Below, piece after piece: positions 9,171 to 22,454 of a stretch of 64,000 nucleotides of DNA (position 1 is the stretch's first letter; the number at the start of each line of letters is the position of its first letter). A model generated the notes under the pieces. That model was not told the DNA's origin. It did no database searches and worked only from the letters and a program-made list of their open reading frames with translations. Made by a program: the position numbers and the translations under genes. The stretch covers positions 1,258,938-1,322,937 of the forward strand of contig OZ246948.1 in assembly GCA_965232155.1 (NCBI GenBank). The letters run 5' to 3'. This DNA is from Thermodesulfobacteriota bacterium (GTDB lineage: Bacteria; Desulfobacterota_D; UBA1144; Nemesobacterales; Nemesobacteraceae).

Positions 9171-10517
9171 CTAGACTTCCTTTCCTTCCCTGTCCCGGAA
9201 CAGAAGCCTGAGAGGAGATCCCGCGAAGTCCGTGTACTCCCTTAACTGGTTTTCAAGAAACCTTCTGTAGTTCTCCGGGATGCCTTTTGCCGAATTCGTG
9301 AAGATCGTGAATGTCGGCGGTGCGGTGAAGGGTTGTGAGATGTAGAAAAGCTTGATCTCCTTTCTTCTGTATACAGGTGGGGGATGGCGTTTTGTGATGT
9401 CTTCAAGGAATCTGTTTAACTTTCCTGTGGTTATCTTTTTTTTGAAATTGCTCTCCACCCGCTCAAGAACGTCAAAAATTCTTCCGACTTTCTTGCCGGT
9501 AAGCGCTGAGATCGTAAGCACGGGGGCGTAGTCAACCCCGGTCAGCTTCTCCTTCGTTATCTCCTCAACCTCTTTGGGGTCCGCTATGTCTTCGGGGGCG
9601 AGATCCCATTTGTTAAGCAGTATCAAAAGAGCCCTGTTTCTGTCTTTTACCAGTTCCGCGAGGCGCGAGTCATGGTGGGTCGGGCCCTCTTGTCCGTCTA
9701 TCATCAGCAGCACGATGTGGGCTCTTTCTATGGACCTTATGGCCCGGAAGACGCTGTGTTTTTCAACCGGGGCGTCTATTCTTGACTTTCTTCTTATGCC
9801 GGCCGTGTCGATAAAGACGTATTTCTTCCCGTCTTTTTCATAGACGGAGTCAATGGAATCGCGGGTCGTGCCGGGTGTGGAACTTGTTATGAGTCTTTGT
9901 TCTCCGAGTATTCTGTTAACCAGGGTGGATTTTCCCACGTTGGGTTTGCCTATAACGGCGATTCTCGTCTCTTCGGATTCTTCAGGTTCTTCTTCCGGCT
10001 GCCCGGAGGTTTCTATGCGGGAAGCGATCCGCTCCACAAGCTCATAGATATTTTTGTTGTGAAGCGCGGAGATTGCTATTAAGTCATCCGTGCCCGTACC
10101 GTAGAATTCGTAGGTTTTAAGCTCCTGTTTTATGTTTTCATGATCGATTTTGTTTACGGCGTAGATGACTTTTTTCTCGGTTTTTCTAAGATACCGTACT
10201 ATCTCTGAGTCCTGAGGCATAACCCCGTCCCTGCCGTCAAAGAGCATCACCACGAGATCGGCCTCCGAGATAGCTGCGTCTATCTGCTCTTTTACGAGCG
10301 AATAGTCCTGGTCGTCTTCCCCTGGAGAAAGCCCGCCCGTGTCAACCAGAGTGAATTCCTTTTCCTTCCATCGGGTGTCTTCATAGACCCTGTCTCTCGT
10401 GACGCCGGGGAGGTCCTCCACTATCGTCTTGTTCCACCCTATTATCCTGTTAAAAAGGGTGGACTTGCCGACATTTGGTCTTCCGACTATGGCTACGATC
10501 GGCTTTTGCCCGTTCAT
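9171..10517 (-). CDS. der: Ribosome-biogenesis GTPase Der (EngA), with tandem GTPase domains plus a KH-like domain
   Basis: Two G1 motifs (GRPNVGKST and GKPNVGKST), two DTGG/DTAG motifs and NKxD motifs (NKID, NKWD). Confidence 0.92.
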   Translation of the reverse strand: MNGQKPIVAIVGRPNVGKSTLFNRIIGWNKTIVEDLPGVTRDRVYEDTRWKEKEFTLVDTGGLSPGEDDQDYSLVKEQIDAAISEADLVVMLFDGRDGVMPQDSEIVRYLRKTEKKVIYAVNKIDHENIKQELKTYEFYGTGTDDLIAISALHNKNIYELVERIASRIETSGQPEEEPEESEETRIAVIGKPNVGKSTLVNRILGEQRLITSSTPGTTRDSIDSVYEKDGKKYVFIDTAGIRRKSRIDAPVEKHSVFRAIRSIERAHIVLLMIDGQEGPTHHDSRLAELVKDRNRALLILLNKWDLAPEDIADPKEVEEITKEKLTGVDYAPVLTISALTGKKVGRIFDVLERVESNFKKKITTGKLNRFLEDITKRHPPPVYRRKEIKLFYISQPFTAPPTFTIFTNSAKGIPENYRRFLENQLREYTDFAGSPLRLLFRDREGKEV

Positions 10518-10568
10518 TGCGTTTCTCCGTTCCCGTCTCCGGGGCGAATCTCCCCGGACTCTGGTTTC

Positions 10569-13500
10569 TCAGAAATTGAAATTGTAGAAAAAGTCGACTC
10601 CGGGGTTCTCTCCCCCCATCTGGCTTTCGATCGAGAATTGTCTGTTCAGCCGCCATTCAAGATTGAGCTTGTTGCGCATCTGCACCGTCTGGTCAACCGA
10701 GATCCTGGAGGGTGATCTCTCGTAGCCGACGAAGATATCTCTTGTGACGTAGGAGCCGACTTTCAGTGTGCTGTCCTCAAACCCTCGGTCTCCTTCCTGT
10801 ATGCTCAGGAGATCAAGACCTATCTCAGAGCTTAAAAGCTCCGAGATTCCGCCCGCGGCAACCGCAGTTGCGAATTTTCCAACAAAAGCCCTTTGCTGGT
10901 TCTGGAGCCTGTTGCTTGAAGCTCCGAAAACCATATAGGAGATTATTTCGATTTCTTCGAGGCTCGGATTGCTTGAGAGAGACAGGTCCGGCTCTCTTAG
11001 GTCTCCCGTAACGTTTACGTACACGTCAACATCACCGGCGTCGTAATACGCCTTGACGTTGAGATCGGGGTTGTTAGATGCCCCAGTAAAATTAAGCGTG
11101 GCGTCCTCTATGTCGAAAAGCTTCCCGAACACGGTGTAATATCCCTCGGATGACACTATGTTTCCCTGCATGTCGAGATCTCCGCCCGGTTCTTTCTTGA
11201 GTCTCAGTTTTCCTCTTGTATTGAAGTTGGCTTCCTTGGTTTTAATCCACGTGCCCGAGGAGATGTCAACTGAGATATCCATTGCGGTTTTCTCTCTGTA
11301 AAAACCGGTTTCGTTCTGCGCCTCGAGCGAAAACTCATCGGCGAAGCTCTCGCTTCTTTCTATGAAACTGATGTCTTTTATGCTTTTTATCCTGCCTGGA
11401 TACAGGCGGATCCTTCCCGAGGTAACCCTGGTATTTCCCGTTATCTCCAGAAATTTGTTTTTCTTTTCTAACCTGAGATCGCCTGAGAGATCGGTTTTTA
11501 TCGAATGCGGATTAAAACGGATTTTTTCCATCTCAAGATCGGCGCGGTAGGTGAAATCAGAGATGTTCATTCTGCCCCTGAGATAGGCTTTCCCCTCTTT
11601 TGAACGGATTTCCGTTCTTGGCAAGGACAGTTTTTCCCCGCTGAACGAAAGCTTCGCTTGCTCGGTGAACAGGCTGTTTCTAAGCTGGGTAAGAGAGAGT
11701 CTCATGTTGCTTAGCTCAACATCCCCCCTTACGCGCGGTCTCGAGAGAGTGCCGCCAAGAGAAAGACCGCCGGATGAAAAATTGCCCTCGATTTTCTTTA
11801 TCGAATTTGAAAAAATCTTCATGAAATCAAGGCCGTATCCGTTCGACTTCAACTCAAGATTCATCGAAGTCCCCATTACCGCTTCAAGCGGGCTCTGCGC
11901 ATTTTTTGGAACCAGCAGATCTCCGCGCAAGCTCAGGCTTTCCTTTTGTGCCGGTGAGGATAGCAGCTCAAGAGAAAGTTTTCCCTTCTTCCCACTGAGC
12001 CTGATCTTCATATCTCCGTATGCCGGGAATCCGTAAGAAAAGCCGTTTGATCTTATTTCGGTCTCGATTGAAGGAGCGCTAAAAGAGCCGCTGGCCCGGA
12101 CTTTTCCGTCAAGAGTTCCTCCCAAGTCGTGCCTTAGATTAAGAGCCTTTGATATGATCAGGGGATCAAAGTTCTTTATGTCGGCCCGCAGTTCGGCCGT
12201 TTTTTCTTTGCTGTCGATTTCTCCAAGAAAGTTGGAGATTTTCCCCTCTCCGTAGAAAAATTCATCTCCCCGAACACTTTTTCTGTCAGGAGATATACTA
12301 AGGAAGATATCTCCTTTGTTTTTAAACGGCTTTTCCTCCAGAAGACCTTCAAGATAGGTCACCCTTAATTTTTTCTCGTCTTCCAAGAGGCCGCTGACGC
12401 TTAATTCTGAAGAGGCGTAGGAACCGTTTTCCTTGCCCAAAAGGACGCCCGCATTAAAGTTGGCTTCCGTTCCCCGAAACTTTGTCTCGATCGTGTCAAA
12501 GTAATTGCCGAGAACTCGGGCCCCCGCTCCCAGCAGATGTATATCAAGCGATACCTTGGGGGCGTTTTTTAAATCAACCCGGGTGCTTGACCGAACGGAC
12601 ATGTCCTGAACCATGAAATCTTGATAGGCGAAGCTCTCTACGCGCGAGTTTGCCTCGATAAGCGGAGTGAAAAAGTCTCCGCTTATTTTTCCGCTTGAGT
12701 CTATTTCTCCTAAAATCAGGGGAATCCTTTCGTCAATCTCGGAGAGAAAACCCAGGTCCTGCGTTTTGAATTCAAAAAGGCAGTCAAGACCCTTCTGCGT
12801 TTCTTTGGTTTTTTCCGCGGATAAAGAGAATTGATCGGACAGCACCTTAAGCCTGTTTATCGTCAGGGTTCCCTTCTCGATGCCGCCGTCTATCTTGGAG
12901 TTTATGTTCGTTATTCCGTAAAATCCGCCTGTTTTCAGATCGGCGTTCACGTGCAGGTACTTGTCTTCAAGGAATTTGCCTTTTTTCGGTATCGCTCCCT
13001 TAAAAGCCGCGCTTCCGTCGAAATAGTTGTCAATTCTAATCTCCGGGAATTCGAATTTCAGCTTGAATTCTTCTGCCTCTGAGGTGAAATCGAAATCCGT
13101 ACCGTCGTTTCTGAACGTCACGTGACCTCCGATCCGGAGACTGCTTTGCTCGCTGTCTATTACGTCGAGATAATCGGGTTCGATCCGGAGGGAATAGATT
13201 TCCCTGCTCTCCCAGCTGCCGCTTGCCCTGAGATTCGAGCTTAATCTTGAGTTCTCTCCGAACTTAAGGGGGTAGGGCGTGCGGTTGAGCACTTCGGTCA
13301 ACTCATCCGTGTTCGCGCCGTCTAGCTCCGCGGTGAAATCAAACAAGTTCTTTTCTTCTCTCGCGAGCCACTTCTTAAAGTCGATGCTGCCCTTCAGTTT
13401 TGACTCTCCGAATCCGCCGCTTACCGTGCCCTCTATGAAGCTCTTTGTCCCTTTGATGATTACAGGTCCGAGATCCGTCCGAAGCGGGTTTCCGTTAAGA

Positions 13501-14381
13501 AATGAATTGCGGGTCGAGACCTCCATCGTGCCGACCAGATTGTCCACGGAGTGCATCTTGACCTTCGTTTTTGCCTGGAGGTTAACTTCTCCCTTGCCGT
13601 TTATCCCAAGCCCGTCGAAATACACGGTCATATCGAATTCCGGGTTTCTAAGGCTTCTCGCTATGCCGCTTCCCCTGATCGGCACGCCCTGAACCTTAAA
13701 CCCTGCGTCTTTGAATACGCAGTCCCACGAAGCTATATCGATTTTTCCCTTGAGGTTCCTTATCCTTATTCCGCGGGACGCGTAGTCGAAATTTATGTCC
13801 TTTGCGTCAAGTTCGATCTTTTTCGTCAGCTCAATGACGTTTATCGAGAACAAAGATTCCTCGACTAGGTCAAATTCCCAGAGCTTGTCTCTCTCGCGGT
13901 CAATAATCGTGATGTGGGAGTCGCGGATTCTGTTATTCGCGAAAATGAGGCTTATTCTTTCCCCCTGCGGATCCTTTGCGGTTTTGTCTTCGTTCTTCAG
14001 TTTCTTAAAATCCCATACCCCGCGGCTGTCCTTTGAGAGAAGGACCTCAAGACCCTGTATCTCCGTGTCGGACAAGTAGAGCTTCTTTTTTGAGATTATC
14101 GAGTAAAGAAGCGGAATCGAGTAGTTCGTCGAGAGCTTTTTGATCTTCATGTAGCTCTCTCCGGCTATTTTTACTTCAATATCATCTATCTCCATTGTGG
14201 AGATTATGCTTCCCCTGATATCTCCAAGGCTGATATGGAAATTGGGGATTGAGTTCAGCCTTTTCTCTATAAGGTTTTTTGCGTACTGGCGGCTTTGCTC
14301 GGTCTGGGAGAACAGAAAAAGTCCTAGGGCAGAGACGCAGATTACTGCCGTCAATATAAAAAAAATCGTTCTTCGACGCAC
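10569..14381 (-). CDS. tamB: TamB-like translocation and assembly module protein (DUF490 C-terminus)
   Basis: 1270 aa with an N-terminal membrane anchor and a long beta-rich repetitive body. The C-terminus ...NLEWRLNRQFSIESQMGGENPGVDFFYNFNF is typical of TamB/DUF490. Confidence 0.75.
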   Translation of the reverse strand: MRRRTIFFILTAVICVSALGLFLFSQTEQSRQYAKNLIEKRLNSIPNFHISLGDIRGSIISTMEIDDIEVKIAGESYMKIKKLSTNYSIPLLYSIISKKKLYLSDTEIQGLEVLLSKDSRGVWDFKKLKNEDKTAKDPQGERISLIFANNRIRDSHITIIDRERDKLWEFDLVEESLFSINVIELTKKIELDAKDINFDYASRGIRIRNLKGKIDIASWDCVFKDAGFKVQGVPIRGSGIARSLRNPEFDMTVYFDGLGINGKGEVNLQAKTKVKMHSVDNLVGTMEVSTRNSFLNGNPLRTDLGPVIIKGTKSFIEGTVSGGFGESKLKGSIDFKKWLAREEKNLFDFTAELDGANTDELTEVLNRTPYPLKFGENSRLSSNLRASGSWESREIYSLRIEPDYLDVIDSEQSSLRIGGHVTFRNDGTDFDFTSEAEEFKLKFEFPEIRIDNYFDGSAAFKGAIPKKGKFLEDKYLHVNADLKTGGFYGITNINSKIDGGIEKGTLTINRLKVLSDQFSLSAEKTKETQKGLDCLFEFKTQDLGFLSEIDERIPLILGEIDSSGKISGDFFTPLIEANSRVESFAYQDFMVQDMSVRSSTRVDLKNAPKVSLDIHLLGAGARVLGNYFDTIETKFRGTEANFNAGVLLGKENGSYASSELSVSGLLEDEKKLRVTYLEGLLEEKPFKNKGDIFLSISPDRKSVRGDEFFYGEGKISNFLGEIDSKEKTAELRADIKNFDPLIISKALNLRHDLGGTLDGKVRASGSFSAPSIETEIRSNGFSYGFPAYGDMKIRLSGKKGKLSLELLSSPAQKESLSLRGDLLVPKNAQSPLEAVMGTSMNLELKSNGYGLDFMKIFSNSIKKIEGNFSSGGLSLGGTLSRPRVRGDVELSNMRLSLTQLRNSLFTEQAKLSFSGEKLSLPRTEIRSKEGKAYLRGRMNISDFTYRADLEMEKIRFNPHSIKTDLSGDLRLEKKNKFLEITGNTRVTSGRIRLYPGRIKSIKDISFIERSESFADEFSLEAQNETGFYREKTAMDISVDISSGTWIKTKEANFNTRGKLRLKKEPGGDLDMQGNIVSSEGYYTVFGKLFDIEDATLNFTGASNNPDLNVKAYYDAGDVDVYVNVTGDLREPDLSLSSNPSLEEIEIISYMVFGASSNRLQNQQRAFVGKFATAVAAGGISELLSSEIGLDLLSIQEGDRGFEDSTLKVGSYVTRDIFVGYERSPSRISVDQTVQMRNKLNLEWRLNRQFSIESQMGGENPGVDFFYNFNF

Positions 14382-14696
14382 TGTCTTTAGTGAAAACGCA
14401 GGGAATTTCTCTTCGGTTACGCTGTAAGGATCTGGATTTTCCTAACGAGCCTATTATACTTAAAAGCCGCCAAATAAAAACAGAACCAGCTTGAGGTGCC
14501 CGGAAGGTGCTTTCCAAAAAAGTGTTCTGTTTGCTGCGGGCTTTTCCCCGTAAAACCGGATCGTGCGAGAGGCAAGTTTGAGGTTCCTGGGGCGGTGCGG
14601 AGACAGGATTTCTTTCTGATTCACTTGCGCTATCCGGGCTGCTCTTATGATGTGATAAGCGAAACTGCTACAGCAATTCGAAGGAGGTTGTTTTAA

Positions 14697-16080
14697 ATGC
14701 TAAAGGTGTCCGGAAAACAGATTGCGGCTGTTTTTGGGATTTTGCTTTTGATCCTTGCTCTCATAAAGGTTATTTCCATTGCCGAGATGAGTCCTCCCGT
14801 CATATCCATTGAGCGGGATGTTAAGAGTCTCGGTTTAGAGCCCTTTGAGGTGACGGTGTCCGATGAGGGTACCGGGCTTGCCAAGGTGCGCATCTATCTG
14901 CTTGACGCTTACGGGGAATCCGTTCTTGTTGAAAAGGAGTACAAGAAAGGAACTAAAAGCGATGTGATAAGCGTGAGGATCAACCCCGAGAAGCTTGGCA
15001 TAAAAAGCGGCACGTCTGAGTTTTTCATAGAGGCGACTGACCGTTTCATGAATGGTCTTCTTCCCGGAAAAAAAGCTGTTTTCAGCCAGAAAGTCACCCT
15101 GGATTTCACCCCTCCCCAGATAGAGGAACTCTCGCCCATGCTGTACATAAGACACGGGGGCGCGGGAGTTGTCATTTACAAAGTTTCTGAGGACACGGTC
15201 TCAAGCGGCGTCGGGATAAAAGATCTTTTTTTCGAGGGCTACCCCGGGTATTTCGAAGACCCCCTGATGTACATTGCCTTTTTCGCCTATCCGTATAATG
15301 CGGAGAGGGGCGAGAAGATAGAAATCTTTGCAACTGACGCGGCCGGCAACGAAGCGAGTGAATCTGTTTATTACCGGCTTCTTCAGGCGTCGTACGTAAA
15401 GGATCAAATAAACCTCTCTGAGTGGTTTCTTAAGAACAAGGTGCTTCCGCTTTTTAACAAGGTTTACGGCTATTCCCCCCTCGGGGAGGACGGGAACCCT
15501 GATCTCCTAAAAGGCGTTTCTCAAGATTAACAGCGAGACGAGAAAGCAAAACGACAACAGGATATATGAGGTCGGAAGACAGAGCGGGGGCGAGATGCTC
15601 TGGAAAGGAAAGTTCAGCCAGCTCCGAAATTCCAAGGTGGGCGCCACATTTGCGGATCACAGGGATTACCTGATGGACGGCGACTCGGTCGACAATCAGT
15701 ATCACCTCGGCTACGATCTCTCGGTTACCAAGAAATACCCCGTTCCCGCCTCTAACAGCGGAGTGGTGGTCTTCGCGGAACACCTCGGCATATACGGCAA
15801 TACGGTTATGGTCGACCACGGAATGGGGATTATGAGTCTTTACTCCCATCTTAGCTCGATAAGTGTGAGCGTCGGAGACAGCGTGGGGAAAAAAGATATC
15901 GTGGGGAGGACAGGCACTACAGGGCTTGCCGTTGGGGACCATCTGCACTTCGGGGTTTACGTCCAGGGAGTTCCGGTGAGACCTCTTGAGTGGTGGGACG
16001 CCAAGTGGATTCAGGACAACATATTTTACAAGATCAACTACGTTAAGAGGAATTTCGGGGTCGGGGAGAGCACGCGTTGA
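14697..16080 (+). CDS. M23 (LytM) family metallopeptidase, read in two frames (one frame disruption near 15513)
   Basis: The N-terminal ORF is 14697-15530 and the C-terminal ORF is 15595-16080. The latter contains HLGYDL...GNTVMVDHGMG...SLYSHLS...GTTGLAVGDHLHFGV. Frame +1 is already open from 15511 (KAFLKINSETRKQNDNRIYEV), so one extra base in ctaaaaGGcg explains the split. Confidence 0.75.
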
Positions 16081-16809
16081 TTGTTTACGGCAAGAACTCA
16101 GTCGCCGAGCTTCTCCGCAATTCTCCCCGGGAGATAAAGAAGATCATGGTCTCTGAGAACTTCGATGTCTCTTCTGACCAGAGGATTAACGCCTCGATCA
16201 GGAAATTCCGCATAAAACTTACCCATCTTCCAAGAAACGCGATTACTGATATATGCAAAAGCCCGAATCACCAGGGCATAGCGGCCGAAATCTCTGACTT
16301 TACCTACAGTTCGGTTGAAGAGATTCTCGGTGTGGCCAGGGAAAGACAGGAGAAGGTTTTCCTTCTTGTTCTGGATCATATAGAAGACCCGCAGAATCTC
16401 GGTGCCATAATAAGGACGGCGGATTTTCTCGGAGTCCATGGAATCGTGATACCCGCTGACCGGGCATGCGACGTGAATCCGACTGTGGTGAAAGTTTCTT
16501 CCGGGGCTTCGGCCAACATGAAGATTGCCCGGGAGACCAATCTCGGCCGGGTGATCGATACTCTTAAGAAAAAAGGGGTCTGGGTAGCGGGAGCCGATGC
16601 GGATTCCCGGGACGCGGTCTGTGACTGCGACTTCGCTTCACTAGACATAGCCGTTGTGATCGGGAACGAGGGCAGGGGGATCCGGAGCAAGACAAGGCAG
16701 AAATGCGATTTCCTTCTTTCCATTCCAAGAGAAGGGAAGGTGGAGTCTCTAAACGCATCTGTTGCCGCGGGGATTTTTCTCTACGAGGTGTACAGACAAA
16801 GGCACGGAA

Positions 16810-16823
<14 letters not shown>
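16077..16823 (+). CDS. rlmB: 23S rRNA (guanosine-2'-O)-methyltransferase RlmB (SpoU/TrmH family)
   Basis: N-terminal IVYGKNSVAELL substrate-binding domain. SpoU motifs LVLDHIEDPQNLGAIIRTA, VIGNEGRGI and SLNASVAAGI. Confidence 0.85.
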
Positions 16824-18876
<2,053 letters not shown>

Positions 18877-18887
<11 letters not shown>

Positions 18888-20597
18888 GGCTTGCTAGCCA
18901 TCCAAGGAGTTCTGAAAGACCGCAGGTGTTTACGACGTCTGTTTTCTTTACCCATCCCCGCCTTGCCGTTCCGACCCCGAAAATTATTCTTTCAAGGTGC
19001 TGCGACTCTGTGGGCGTCGGTGGAAACTATGATTTTCACCCCGGCCTCAACGGCTTTTCTTGCGTGGATGTCCTTGAGATCAAGCCTCTTGTAAGATGAG
19101 TTTACCTCAAGCGCCTTATCATGATTTCTCGCTGTTTCGATAACGGCGTCTATATCGACCTTGTAAGGCTCTCTCTGTCCTATCAGCCTTCCGGTCGGGT
19201 GTCCCAGGGCGTCCACATTGGGGTTTTCTATTGCGTCAGCATATCCGTTTTGTCATTTTCTCCTCTTCCATGGAGAAGGAGCCGTGAACCGACGCGACGA
19301 CGAAATCAAGTTCGCGAAGCACTTCATCGGGATAATCAAGAGAACCGTCTGGCAGTATATCGACCTCGGAACCCATAAGTACTCTTATCGCTCTGCCCTC
19401 GGAGTTTATTTTCTCCACTTCTTCTTTTTTCTGCCAAAGTCTCTTTACGCTGAGCCCGTTTGCTATCCTTGAAGAGGGCGAATGGTCTGTTATGGCTATA
19501 TATTCGTAGCCGAGCGAGGCCGCCTTGTCAGCCATCTGCCGTATGGTCGATGCTCCGTCGCTCCAGGTTGAATGGGCATGAAGGTCTCCCCTTAAGTCTT
19601 CTTTTGAAAGCAGCGCGGGAAGTTCCCCTGCGCGCGCCGCTTCGATCTCTCCGCGGTCTTCACGCAGCTCAGGGGAAATGTAGTCTAGCCCGAGAGATTC
19701 ATAGATTTCTTCCTCGGAAGAAAAGTATCCACTACCCTTGCGGATCCCCACGGGGTCAGCTTCAAGACCCTTTGCCGCCGCGATTTCCCTTATTCTCGCG
19801 TTATGGGAACGCGAGCCCGTTATGTTTTGAAGCGCTGAGCCGTAGCAGTGCGGTGCCACGACCAGAATATCGGTTTGCACCCCGGTCTGCGTAAGAATCC
19901 GCACGCTGTTTTCGGTTCTGCTGAGAACTTCCTTGGTGAAGCCTAGAGCTATGAATTCCTCGATGACTCCCCCCTCGTCATCCGCCGAGGCGATTATGTC
20001 TATGTTCGCCACGGTTTCCCTCATCCTTCTAAGCGAACCGGCGAGTTCGGCTTTCAGGACGCCGGGGATTCCCTCTGTTTCCTCTTTTATTGCCGTCGCG
20101 AGAGGGTGGGCTTCAGTAAGCCTCATTCTCTTTTTCCCGCCCTCGAAGACCTCTATAGAGCGCGATATCTGCTCGATTTTCTTTTTCCCTATGCCGTCTA
20201 CATCAAGAATGTCCGGACTGGCGATGGTTTCTTTCAGGCTTTCGATGTCCGTTACCCCGAAGCGCTTTACGAGAGTGCGGAGAAATTTCGGTCCGACTCC
20301 TCTTATGTCGAGAAGTTCCGCGAGTTCGTCGGGAACCTGTTTTTTTATCTCCTCGTAGTAGGCGATCTTTCCGGTGAGCCTATGCTCGATTATTTTTTGG
20401 GAAAGATCCTTCCCGACTCCCGGTATCGTCGAGAGTTCCTTTTCCCCATCGAATTCATCAAGGGAGTCCGGCATTGAGGAGATGTTGCGCGAGGCCTTTC
20501 TGTACGCGTTTATTTTGAAGCCGTTCTCATCCAGGATATCAAGAGAATCGGCTATCCTTGCGAATATTTTTGCGATCTCATTGTTTACGCTGTCCAT
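18877..20597 (-). pseudogene. polX: Family X DNA polymerase with a C-terminal PHP phosphoesterase domain (PolX), in three frame segments
   Basis: The N-terminus is IAKIFARIADSLDILDENGFKINAYRKA, with HhH motifs. The PHP domain is GDLHAHSTWSDG...ITDHS...SVHGSF. It continues in other frames as AIENPNVDALGHPTGRL...STDAH and then QHLERIIFGVGTARRGWVKKTDVVNT. Frame breaks lie near 19236 and 19000. Confidence 0.8.
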
Positions 20598-20612
20598 AAA
20601 GTACGCGGGGTC

Positions 20613-22349
20613 TCAGGAGACTTTCTGGCTCTGCATTGAGTACTTCTTTATTCCCAGAATTATTCCGTTCACTATTCTTTCTATGTAGGCTTCGCTCTTC
20701 AGTCTTTTTTCCTCTCTGGGGTTTGTTATGAAAGAGGCTTCAACCAGCAGGCTTGGTACGTCGGCGCCGATCAGTACCACAAAAGGCGCTTTTTTCACTC
20801 CCTTGTTGTTTACGTACTTGTATTTTCCGGAAATGTTCTTGATTATGGATTTCTGCACGTAGCCGGCTACCTGCTGGGACTCCTCTTTCTTGGCGCTGAG
20901 TATGTATTGCTTGAGCGTGCTTCCAAGCTCATTCAGTCCCTTGGTCGTGGTGGCGTTCTCCCTGGCCGCGAGCTGCAGGGAGGTCTGGTCGTCCGTAAAG
21001 CCCAGTATGTAGGTTTCTACACCGTGCGCCTTCTTTGATCTCGCCCCGTTGCAGTGTATGGATATGAAAATGTCTGCTTTTCTTTTTCTCGCTATGGCCG
21101 TGCGCTCTTCAAGGGGAATGAACCTGTCGGTGCTTCTTGTGAGGTAGACATTTTCTATGCCGAAGCTCTTTCCCTCTTCTATAAGCCTCTCCCTCAGTCT
21201 CTTGGCTATCCTGAGGTTTACGTCCTTTTCCCTGAGGCCGCTTGGGCCTACGGCGCCTGGATCATGTCCTCCGTGGCCCGGGTCGATCACTATGGTTCTT
21301 ACCTTGAGTCCCAGGGCCTGCTTGAGGCTCGCTATCTGTCCTTCGGGAACCTTGGACTCAAGAGAGAGTTCCGGCTTGCCGTAAGAAGGAGCGCCATCCG
21401 CGAATATCTTATCAGGCTGCGCTCCCGCTCCCCTTATGTCCATCACCAGCCGGAAAGAAGGGTTCTGTTCTGATCCTGGCAGTGAGAAAACCTTGTGGCC
21501 TTCAAGAGCCGTTATGTAGAGCACGACGCGCGATACTCCCGGGCGGTTGCTCGCGAAACTTATCTTCTCCAGAAGCCCCTTCGTGATAGGCTCGATGTTT
21601 ATCGCATCTGAAAAGACGGTTTTTTCAAGGTCGACGTAGAGGCGGGGAGGGGTTTTCAGCTCCGGGTCGGGACGCAGCATCCTTGATGTGTACTTGACCG
21701 GTTTGTCGGTCTCTATCACGACCCGCGTATAATCGTCCGTTGACCAGTGCCTTATTTTATTTATAACGGCATATCCCTTGGGATGTGGTTTTGACGGGGC
21801 TTTTCTCTGCGCCGCGGGCTCTGTTTTCTTCGAAGTTTTTGTTTCTGTGAGTGCCGCCAGTTTCTTCTTGGCTATCTCGTAGGTGTCAGATTCCTCCATT
21901 CCATAGACGATTCTCTGGTAGGCCGTGGCGGCTTCCTTTTTCTTTCCCCTGCGCTCAAGGATTTTTCCCACCCGAAGCCACGAGTCGTCAGCCAGGCTGT
22001 CCTTTGGATATCTTTTCAGGAATTCGCGCGAGTACTTAAGCGCTTTATCTGAGTCCTCAGGCGTTTTGAACCTGAGGGACTTTTTCTCGTAGACCCTTGA
22101 AGCGGCGAAGAGACAGAGCGGGGCGTTTTTCCACTCGGGGTCCTGCGAGTACAGCTTGTAGAAAGTGCTTCCAACGAGATCCCATGTGTCGCTTCTTTTG
22201 GCTTTCTCGGAATTTGATTCAAGCTGGCGGTAAAGCTTGAAATTCTCTTCGAAGAGAGCCTTGTTTTTCTCATTCGCCGAGGCGAAAGAAAGAGGAAGCA
22301 GGCAGATAGAAGCTATTAGGAAGGTAAAAAGTTTTATGCGGCTTTTCAC
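20613..22349 (-). CDS. N-acetylmuramoyl-L-alanine amidase (AmiC-like) with an N-terminal TPR-like region and an AMIN domain
   Basis: Signal peptide, then an AMIN-like INKIRHWSTDDYTRVVIETDKPVKY...LYVDL. The catalytic domain has IVIDPGHGGHDPGA...ISIHCN...SLLVEASFITN. Confidence 0.85.
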   Translation of the reverse strand: MKSRIKLFTFLIASICLLPLSFASANEKNKALFEENFKLYRQLESNSEKAKRSDTWDLVGSTFYKLYSQDPEWKNAPLCLFAASRVYEKKSLRFKTPEDSDKALKYSREFLKRYPKDSLADDSWLRVGKILERRGKKKEAATAYQRIVYGMEESDTYEIAKKKLAALTETKTSKKTEPAAQRKAPSKPHPKGYAVINKIRHWSTDDYTRVVIETDKPVKYTSRMLRPDPELKTPPRLYVDLEKTVFSDAINIEPITKGLLEKISFASNRPGVSRVVLYITALEGHKVFSLPGSEQNPSFRLVMDIRGAGAQPDKIFADGAPSYGKPELSLESKVPEGQIASLKQALGLKVRTIVIDPGHGGHDPGAVGPSGLREKDVNLRIAKRLRERLIEEGKSFGIENVYLTRSTDRFIPLEERTAIARKRKADIFISIHCNGARSKKAHGVETYILGFTDDQTSLQLAARENATTTKGLNELGSTLKQYILSAKKEESQQVAGYVQKSIIKNISGKYKYVNNKGVKKAPFVVLIGADVPSLLVEASFITNPREEKRLKSEAYIERIVNGIILGIKKYSMQSQKVS

Positions 22350-22454
22350 TTTACGCAGAAAGTATATTGATTGTCAGGCTATTGTAAATTTATTTTCGGA
22401 AGATTTGTGTGTTATGTTCTTACACCATCAATTCTACCATGTTTGGCGTGTTCT

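Noticed and set aside
14382-14696. 315-bp divergent intergenic region between tamB and the M23 peptidase, examined for an ncRNA (SRP-, 6S- or riboswitch-like)
   Set aside because: It contains only short, unconvincing stems, such as cagaac...gttctg. I could not match any conserved ncRNA motif by eye, and the listed 66-aa ORF has no support.
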